NCBI GenBank assembly: GCA_043228905.1
Contig: JBHGNT010001201.1
Location: 1-11,000, forward strand
Length of the DNA stretch: 11,000 nt
Source of the DNA: Azolla caroliniana
Taxonomy: Eukaryota > Plantae > Polypodiophyta
Direction of reading: 5' to 3'
In this document: positions 1-7,324 of the stretch, one piece after another
How positions within the stretch are numbered: the stretch's first letter is position 1
Layout of the letters: each line of letters starts with the position of its first letter
Made by a program: the position numbers and the translations under genes
The notes under the pieces: generated by a model
The model's database searches: none
Seen by the model: the letters and a program-made list of their open reading frames with translations, nothing else
Told to the model about the DNA's origin: nothing

Positions 1-2
1 AA

Positions 3-1340
3 GAGATTGAAGGAGTATGTGAAGCATGCCAGTTCGGCAAGCAACATCAACACCCGTTCACGAAGGAGAGGAACGTGAGCAAAGGCCTATCGGACATAGT
101 CCACTCGGATGTGTGGGGACGGCATAGAAGGCCACATTAAGAGGATGTCGATACTATGTTACCTTCATCGACAACTTCTCTAGATACACATGGATCTTTC
201 CCATGAGGATGAAGAGGAAGTGTTTACACACTTCCAAACATTCAAAAGCGAAGTCGAAAAGACAACTGGCCTCCATGTACGATGTCTTTGGTCGGATGGA
301 GGAAAGGAATACTTCTCCGATGCGTTCACGGCATACCTTCGACAAGAAGGAATTTGGCGAGAATTCACTTACCGACACACATCGCAACAAAATAGTGTAG
401 CCGAACGCAAGAATCGGCACATCCTTGAAGTAGCAAGTGCCATGCTAAATGAGAAGCATATGCCCAAGTCATATTGGGCAGAAGCTGCAAATACTGCCGT
501 CTACCTCATGAACCGGTGCACAACATCCGGAGTGCACGAGGTCACCCCGCATGAAAAATACTATGGGAAGAAGCCGGATCTATCCCATGTAAGGATATTA
601 GGCTCCATTGCATATGTGCACATTCCCGATGAGAAGCGGTAGAAGCTTGACCCAAAATTAGAGAAGTGCATCCTCATGGGGTACTCACTAGAGCAAAAGG
701 GGTACAAGTGCTTCAACCCCTCTACTCGGAAGACTCGTGCAAGTCGGGATGTCGTCTTTGAAGAATCGACATCATGGTACAAACCCGAGCCGACTCCTCC
801 TGAACCATCTACAAACGACCTCGACAACACAGAAGACAATGATCAATTGAGGTCAATACTGAAAGAGAGTCCAATCTCAACCAGATTGGGCGGACCACAA
901 GAGCCTCCGAACAACCAAAGCTCATCTCGGCCAAGTCCAGAGATGGACAAAGGGAAGGCCAAAATGCCGGAATATGAAGACGATCACTTCGACGACAACG
1001 AATCAACTCATTCACTCGATAGTGAGTTCGATGGCTTTGATGTGCTTCTTATGAGGTCACCCGGAGTTGACAAAGCACTCACATCGGCAAATGAGAAACT
1101 CCGTCACTCCACCCGAGAGAAGAATCCGGTTAGCCGATTCGGCTACAACGACTATATGGCATACCACTATGCCTTTATGATGAAGGTGGCAACAGTTTGA
1201 GAACCAGAGAGCTTTGCCAAAGCCGCTAAAGATCCGCGATGGGTCGAAGCGATGAATGAGGAGATGCAACCTCTCAGCAAGAATGAGACATAGGATCTCG
1301 TCCCTCACTCACCGCACAAGAAGTCAATCAACTGCAGATG
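3..1340 (+). pseudogene. pol: Copia A pol: integrase, linker and start of RT (frameshifts and stops)
   Basis: Translation gives CEACQFGKQH (zinc-binding CxxC), VHSDVWG, YYVTFIDNFSRYTW, LWSDGGKEY, QNSVAERKNR, EQKGYKCF, and EPESF...W..AM.EEM..L.KNET*DLV. In-frame stops at 640-642, 1198-1200 and 1291-1293. Confidence 0.93.
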
Positions 1341-1617
1341 TGACGGGAACTCAACACTCCTTATGCACAACGCTCGGCCACAACCGAGCTTAGAATCATA
1401 CACAGAAAACAGGAAACGGAAAACACGCGACACAAAGGAGAAGAAAAATGTACACAAGATGTTTACGTGGAAAAACCCAAACTAAGGGAAAAAACCACGG
1501 CAGCCCACAAGCTGCAAACTATCGCTATGTTAGAAAGTACAACAGTGAGTTCACGGAGGCAACGACCTCGTGCTCACGATCTTCGCCATAGGCGGTGGTT
1601 ACAATAGAGGCAACGAC

Positions 1618-1660
<43 letters not shown>

Positions 1661-1973
1661 CACAGTTACGCGCTCTCTTTCTCCTTGCACCAACAAGAAA
1701 TGACAACAACACATACTAAAAGTTGCCCTAAGTCATATTTATACTAATATGACTTTTCGGCTATTTACAAATATAGCCCCGATGGACTCTCATAAACATA
1801 TTTACGAATATGTCTCTTCATCCGGTGAGCATTCCTCACCGGGTCTGCACCATCCGGCTCTCCGTAGCCGGGTACTCCTCATCCGGTTTCGGCCTCGGCC
1901 TATTGGCCTCGACCGAGTTTGTTCATCGACACTGTTCTTCTCTTTTCCATCCGGAGGGACCTGTCTCCCAACA
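1341..1973 (-). mobile_element. Solo LTR (633 bp), copia Tork/Tnt1-like, inserted antisense in the RT of element A
   Basis: TG...CA ends (TGACGGGA...TCCCAACA). The 5-bp TSD is AGATG (1336-1340) / AAATG (1974-1978), with 1 mismatch. On the minus strand it reads TGTTGGG...GTCCCTCC, then TATAAATA, (GA)n and CCGTGGTTTTTTCCC...GGGTTTTTCCACGT, the same order as the LTR at 8075-8730. Confidence 0.92.
1623..1657. repeat. (TC)n microsatellite inside the solo LTR
   Basis: About 17 consecutive TC units. Confidence 0.95.
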
Positions 1974-1978
1974 AAATG

Positions 1979-2800
1979 GATATACAAAGTGAAGTATAAT
2001 GCGGACGGTTCCGTCAACCGCTACAAAGCTCGACTCGTAGCAAAGGGCTACACACAAACACAGGGCGTCGACTATGAAGACACCTTTGCCCCGGTGGCAA
2101 AGATGACAACCGTGTGAACCATGATAGCGCTTGCATCAGCAAAAGGGTGGCACCTCCACCAAATGGATGTCAAGAACACTTTCTTCAAGGCGAATTAGAA
2201 GAGGTGTACATGGTACAACCACCCAGCTTGGAATCCATCATTCATCCAAAAGCCATCTACCGACTTAAGAAGCCTCTCTACGGCCTTAATCAAGCACCAC
2301 ATGCTTGGCACTCGAAGATAACACAATATCTTCATCGAATCGGCTTCCGAATGTCAAAATCCGACAATTCTCTCTATGTAAGAAGCGATTCCGAAAGTCC
2401 GATCGTCATCATCTTGTACGTGGATGATTTGGTCATTGGAGCTTAGCATCTAGTTGACATCAACAAGGTCAAATCCCTCCTTTCCAACAAATTTGAGATG
2501 ACGGACATGAAAGAGCTCCACTACTTCCTTGGCATCGAGGTAATTCAGACTCCAGCCGGGATTATGATCTCGCAACGGCACTACATTCTCAACTTGTTAT
2601 ACAAGTTTGGGATGACTGAGTGCAAGTATGTAGCAACACCTCTTGACCAAAACCTCAAACTAGATGCCAATTTTGGCACCACAGAGTGTGAGTGGACTCA
2701 GTATCGACAACTGATCGGTAGTCTTATCTACCTCACGATCACTCGACCAGACCTGAGCTATTCGGTTGGCCTTCTTAGCTAGTTCATGCAAACGCCACGA
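1979..2800 (+). pseudogene. pol: Copia A pol: reverse transcriptase core (RVT_2 type), disrupted
   Basis: [54 protein letters not shown] (YVDD at 2417-2428), EMTDMKELHYFLGIEV, LTITRPDLSY. Stops at 2115-2117, 2444-2446 and 2780-2782. Confidence 0.95.
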
Positions 2801-3520
2801 TGTCAAGGAAATCCTCGCGTGTTCGCGAAATGAAGCGGGACCACCGGGGTCCTGGACCGGAAGGATTTGATGTTTTTAGGAGTGTAAGCGAGAAAGTATT
2901 GAAGATAGATAGATGGATGAAGAGAGAAAGAGAGAGATTGAGATAGAAATTGAACCCTTGACTTTAGTTTTACAAGACAAGATACATCATCATTAGGATA
3001 ACTCCGATCTTTGATTAAAAGTTTCTTTTTTTTAATTACATCACTTGCCCCCCTTACACAAGCCGAACTATAGGCTTTTATAGGTCTCTCCATGCAAAAT
3101 CCATGGGCTAAAACCATGGGCTAAAACCACGGTTTTGTGCCCCCGATTTCTATATGTTTGCTTCCTACAAAATACTGAATATGAAAAGAAAATATTCAAA
3201 TTCTAAAGCACTCAGTAGTGGCTTTAGTGGTAAGTTGATTTGTCTCTTATCTTGGAGGTGCAAGGTTCAAGCCTTGCGTCTACCCCTATGTGCACTTAAA
3301 TGCTCTAGTTTTATTTTCATATTTACAATTGAGCGCACATCACTTGTGCACCTGTTTAACTTTACATCTAACTTTTCTTTTACGATTCTCATTTCAGTCC
3401 TATTTACGATATGCTAGCATATGCGTGTGGCCTTCACCCCTTTTACACGTGCACATTGCACCTTCTCAATTTCGTTCGTTGCACATAATTTTCACACCGG
3501 TGCCGAAAATCTTCACAACA
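2801..3520. mobile_element. Solo LTR (720 bp), family and orientation uncertain, inserted in the RT of element A
   Basis: TGT...ACA ends (TGTCAAGG...CACAACA), flanked by the exact 4-bp direct repeat ACGA (2797-2800 / 3521-3524). AT-rich and non-coding. The host RT frame resumes exactly after it. Confidence 0.85.
3212..3284 (+). other. Degenerate tRNA-like (tRNA-Lys CTT-like) module with Pol III A/B-box-like motifs; not a functional tRNA
   Basis: A-box-like TGGCTTTAGTGG (3219-3230) and B-box-like GGTTCAAGCC (3264-3273) lie 45 nt apart. CTCTTAT sits at the anticodon-loop position (3244-3250). There is a GCAAGG/CCTTGC stem. Anticodon and acceptor stems do not pair properly. Confidence 0.45.
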
Positions 3521-3524
3521 ACGA

Positions 3525-4201
3525 GATATCCATTTGGATTGTGCTAGGAGAGTTCTACAATACGTGAGTGGAACGATGGACTATGGCATTCTCTATAAGT
3601 TGGCCATGCCAATTCAACTCGAGGGGTACACAGATGCCGACTGGGCAGGCTACAAAGTCGACCGACGATCAACCTCTGGTTTCGTCTTCTCCCTCGAAAG
3701 TGGAGCATCTCTTGGAGTAGCAAGAAGCAACCAACCGTCGCTTTTTCGAGTACAGAGGCTGAATACAGGGGCGCGACAGTGGCTGCATGTGAAGTCGTAT
3801 GGCTGAAGAGGATATTAAAGGATCTAGGTGTTGCCATCAAAGATCCAATTCTCCTTTACTACGACAACATGAGTAATATTTATCTGGCTCGGAACCCAGT
3901 GTTCCACGCACGCACAAAGCATATCGAAGTGCACTATCACTTCATTCGAGAGCGTGTTCAGGCTGGCGATGTCGACCTTCAACATATCACTATGAATCTT
4001 CAGACAACCGACATCTTCACCAAAGCCCTAGGATCCGACAAGCTTTGGCAATTCCTGTCAGACCTTGGATTGGCGGTCCTTGACTTGCCAAGCATGAGGG
4101 GGAGTACAAGCGAAAACCGGATACCGTCCGAACCGGATATGAGCCGGATGTATCAGATACTGTCCGAATTGGATACAAGCCGAAGTGGGCATCAACTTTA
4201 G
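3525..4201 (+). pseudogene. pol: Copia A pol: end of RT and RNase H, disrupted
   Basis: GYTDADWAG, DRRSTSGFVF, WSSKKQPTVAFSSTEAEY, DNMS.I.LARNPVFHARTKHIEVHYHFIRE, DIFTKAL. Frameshift near 3710. Confidence 0.95.
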
Positions 4202-4222
4202 TAGCCGACCAAAGTTGAGCTT

Positions 4223-4231
4223 GAGGGGGCG
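4223..4231 (+). promoter_or_regulatory. Polypurine tract of copia A
   Basis: GAGGGGGCG lies immediately before the LTR start. Confidence 0.8.
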
Positions 4232-4620
4232 CGTTGAGAATCAAGCTCAACCTAGTCTAGTGTGTGAACACACCCTTGAGAGTATGCACTCAAAGGTCAA
4301 AAGTCACCACTCTTATCTACACATTAATTATATGTCATAGAATCATATTCTATGACACATAACTAATGAGTTTTCACATTCCCCATGACCCATGAGCTTC
4401 GGTAGTTAATGAAGAGAGAGAGTGACTATATAAAGCACCCTCCTACTTTGTAATTAGGTCGATTAATCTCCTTCATAATATACATCTTCTTGAGTATTCT
4501 ATTGTCTCTCCAATCTATCTTGTGTTTCTCTCTCACTCTCTCTCTTTCTCATACACACACACTCATAACACATATCTCTAGTCTATTCTACTGCACAAGA
4601 ATCACCATCGATACTTTACA
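4232..4620 (+). repeat. 3' LTR of copia A (about 389 bp; the terminal TG reads CG)
   Basis: Start CGTTGAGAATCAAGCTCAAC resembles the LTR start at 10249 (TGTTGAGAGACAAGCTCAAC). TATATAAA at 4427-4434 is followed by a CT-rich tract. The end ATACTTTACA (4620) forms an imperfect TIR with the start. An alternative end at 4625 (CAACA) is less likely. Confidence 0.8.
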
Positions 4621-5235
4621 CAACATCTAGAGTTCCTAGCCTTATCACATCTAGCTCCAAGTTCATCATGTCCGCGGTTGGTGTGTTTGTGACAGTTTGA
4701 ATCCCTTCCAACTGGGAGCACCACCCGTCTTCGTCATCGCCTTTTCTTCTAGAGTTACCATCATCATCGACCTTCCTTCCAGAGTTACCATCATCAACAT
4801 CCTTGTCTTCTTCGTCATCATTTTCAGCACCTCTTCGCCCAACCATCGTCGTCATCAATACTACTTGCCATCATTTTTAGGTATCATTTTGCATCACGGT
4901 TTTAGTGAGGAGTGTTTTCAATTGCTCACCTTCCTAGTTCCGGTGGGGGTCACAACTGCTCACTTTCCTTGTGGGGATCGGATCATTGCTTGCTTGCACT
5001 GCATTTTTGTTATAGTTCAAGTCTCGCGCAACTTTCTGTTGGCGAGGACCGATTTCGATCACTGACCTTCTAGTTTCGGTGGGGGTCACAATGCTCACTT
5101 TCCTGTTGGGGATCACGTGGGTTTCTCGCTAGCGCTACCATTTGTGTCGTGTCTTGGGTCAACCTTGACTATTTACCCTCTCATAATAGAAGAAGTCGAG
5201 TCAACCACTTCACTTGCACTCCTTCGCCCATTATT

Positions 5236-5766
5236 ATTCCAGTTCTCAGTGAGGGTCGCATGGCCGCTCACGTCTGTTCGTGTTCCAGTTCTCGGTGAGG
5301 TTCATATGGTCTCTCACGTTCCAGTTCCCGATGAGGACCACACATGGTCACTCATGTCCGTTCATGTTCCAGTTCTTGGTGAGGGCTGCATGGTCGCTCA
5401 CCTCTGTTAGTGTTCCAGTTCTTGGTGAGGGCCACATGGTCGCTCACGTCTGTTGGTGTTCATGTTCCAACTCTCGGTGAGGACCGACATGGTCTCTCAT
5501 GCCCGTTGGTGTTGGTGTTGGTGTTCCCTGTGAGGACCGCTCACTCCAACTATTGTTCGTGTTCCAAATCCCGGTGAGGACCGACATGGTCACTCATGCC
5601 TAGTGTTGTTCATGTTCTAGTTCCTGGTGAGGACCACACATGGTCACTTGTGCCCGTTGGTGTTCGTGTTCCCCATGAGGACCACACATGGTCACTCACG
5701 CCCATTGGTATTCGTGTTTTAGTTCTCGACGAGGATCGTACATGATCGCTCATGCATGTTGGTGTT
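5236..5766 (+). repeat. Variable-length tandem repeat, about 11 units of 36-54 bp, each with a hairpin core
   Basis: TGAGG anchors at 5250, 5296, 5332, 5380, 5426, 5478, 5531, 5575, 5628, 5676 and 5730 (CGAGG). Approximate consensus: GTTCCAGTTCYYGGTGAGGACCACACATGGTCRCTCAYGYCCGTTGGT. Confidence 0.92.
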
Positions 5767-5902
5767 TAATACCTCGTCTTCTGGAAGGGTTACTCCTTGT
5801 CTAGAATTTACAAAATACTTTGGAGGTGGTCTAAGATTTTCATCAATAATATCCCCTTAAGCCAAGGACCGGTTTGGGAAGGCGGCGTAAGAGGGGGGAT
5901 AA

Positions 5903-6357
5903 TGTCACATTCTAGACTCGAACCTCTGACTTTTAACACACACAGTACATTGTGTTGTGTTAACCATATAGAAACTCTTGTGAATTGTCCACTTGATTGT
6001 GAACTTGTATATACATATTGTAGAGTCTAGTGTATAGTACATTCGAGAATATTCCAGTTGTTAGTATATTCTAGAATTATTCTGTGGTATATCCTAAACG
6101 GGTATATTGTCGAGAATATTGTAGAGATATTTAATCTTGGAAATTGAATAAATACTTGTAACATCCTTGGTCCCTTTCAAGGGATTCAACATTAGTCATT
6201 GACACATCAATCTAGTATTCTCGTTTCGCCTCATCTTTGTCTTCTTGATCTTTATTTCTTTCTTCATGCCCTCGTGTCGCTCACAACATCTAGAGTTCAT
6301 CTTTGTCAATCTAGTATCTATGCTCTGTCCCAATCCGTGGTTGGTGCATCCGTGACA
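5903..6357 (+). repeat. 3' LTR of element B (455 bp)
   Basis: TGTCAC...GTGACA termini, preceded by a PPT. An unrelated tandem array starts abruptly at 6358. Confidence 0.88.
6041..6076. promoter_or_regulatory. Heat-shock-element-like motifs in LTR B
   Basis: aTTCgaGAAtaTTCc (6041-6055) matches the nTTCnnGAAnnTTCn consensus. TTCtaGAA occurs at 6069-6076. Confidence 0.5.
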
Positions 6358-7200
6358 CAAGGAAGGCTTACACAAACAAGGCACGAGTATTTGAATGTGT
6401 TTGTGAAAAGGAGAGGTGCACGTTGGGCAAGCCCAAATCAACCCCTAATCACAAGGAAAACAAATGCACACGAGGAAGGCTTACACACGGACACACAAAA
6501 CTTACACAAACAAGGCACAAGTATTCGAACGTGTTTGTGAAAAGAAGAGGTGCATGGGCAAGCCCAAATCAACCCCTAGTCACAAGGCAAATGAATGCAC
6601 GTGAGGAAGGCTTACACATAGACACATAAGGAAGGCTTACACAAACAAGGCATGAGTATTCGAATGTGTTTGTGAAAAGGAGAGGTGCGTGGGCAAGCCC
6701 GAATCAACCCCTAGAAGGCTTACACACGGACACACAAGGAAAAGGCTTACTTACACAGACGAGAGACAAAGTTTCGAATGCCTTTGTGAAAAGAGAGGTG
6801 CATGGGCAAGCCCGAACGCTCCCTTGTCACAAGATACACAAACAGATAAGCACAAATGACAATAACATATAAGACACGTAAGTTTGAATGCCTTTGTGAA
6901 AGGAGAGGTGCATGGGCAAGCCCGAAATGCTCCCTTGTCACAAGACACACAAACATATAAGTACAAATGACAATAACATATAAGACACGTAACTTTGAAT
7001 GTCTTTGTGAAAGTAGAGGTGCATGGGCAAGCCCGAAACACTTCTTTGTCACAAGACACACAAACAAATAAGCACAAATGACAATAACATATAAGATACG
7101 TAAGTTTGAATGCCTTTGTGAAAGGAGAGGTGCATGGGCAAGGCTGAAACGCTCCCTTGTCACAAGACACACAAACAAATAAGCACAAATAAGCACAAGG
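6358..7200. repeat. Tandem array of 7 units sharing the core GAATGYSTTTGTGAAA(A)GGAGAGGTGCATGGGCAAGCCC; two subtypes (about 134 bp and 110-111 bp)
   Basis: The CATGGGCAAG anchor (or a variant) occurs near 6419, 6553, 6688, 6801, 6911, 7022 and 7133. Confidence 0.93.
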
Positions 7201-7324
7201 AATTATCTTTGGCAAATGAAAAAGTATTTTTGCTACCAATAAAGTTGACTTCACAATACTAGTTTATTTGAACTACTATTTTACTTCTTTTCGAGGGTGG
7301 TTTCACACTGTGTTAAAAACATCA

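Larger units (their letters stand above)
1..4620 (+). mobile_element. Ty1/copia LTR retrotransposon A, decayed; 5' part lies outside the window; carries two solo-LTR insertions
   Basis: Domain order INT-RT-RH, then PPT GAGGGGG (4223-4229) and a 3' LTR. Removing 1341-1978 and 2801-3524 restores continuous copia RT peptides (KSINCR|[11 protein letters not shown] and FMQTPR|DIHLDCARRVLQY). Confidence 0.95.
4621..6357 (+). mobile_element. 3' internal region, PPT and 3' LTR of LTR retrotransposon B (probably Ty3/gypsy)
   Basis: PPT AAGAGGGGGGA (5889-5899), then TAA, then an LTR with the perfect 6-bp TIR TGTCAC...GTGACA. No pol domain is visible in the window, so the gypsy assignment rests only on the style of the PPT and termini. 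Confidence 0.7.

Noticed and set aside
154-1308. Minus-strand ORFs opposite the copia integrase
   Set aside because: They are shadow frames of the pol coding strand with no independent coding signal.
1749-2117. 122-aa ORF as a novel fusion protein
   Set aside because: It is chance read-through from the antisense solo LTR into the copia RT frame at 1974, and it ends at a premature stop.
2949-2966. Minus-strand GGTTCAAT as another B-box
   Set aside because: The match is partial, and no A-box lies at a suitable distance.
3212-3284. Functional tRNA-Lys gene
   Set aside because: The acceptor, D and anticodon stems do not pair in register. It is kept only as a tRNA-like remnant.
4697-5065. Hydrophobic plus-strand ORF as an env-like membrane protein
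   Set aside because: The I/F/V/S richness is what the reverse complement of a D/E/K-rich frame produces. It has a non-ATG start and no recognisable env features.
5117-5480. Repetitive ORFs across the hairpin array
   Set aside because: Unit spacings (46, 52, 53, 44) break frame, so the ORFs are by-products of the repeat.
5673-5691. Resemblance of CATGAGGACCACACATG to the MS2 operator hairpin
   Set aside because: Only this unit has the CATG prefix, the upper stem has a mismatch, and the fold shared by the other units is different. Most likely coincidence.
5236-5766. CRISPR-like array (hairpin repeats with variable spacing)
   Set aside because: The linkers are homologous to each other rather than unique spacers, the repeats are degenerate, there are no cas genes, and the context is a eukaryotic retrotransposon.
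6196-7254. Cys-rich and other ORFs of 68-167 aa over the tandem array
   Set aside because: They are translations of a 111-bp repeat that happens to lack stops in some frames. No domain motifs are present, and some span an LTR junction.
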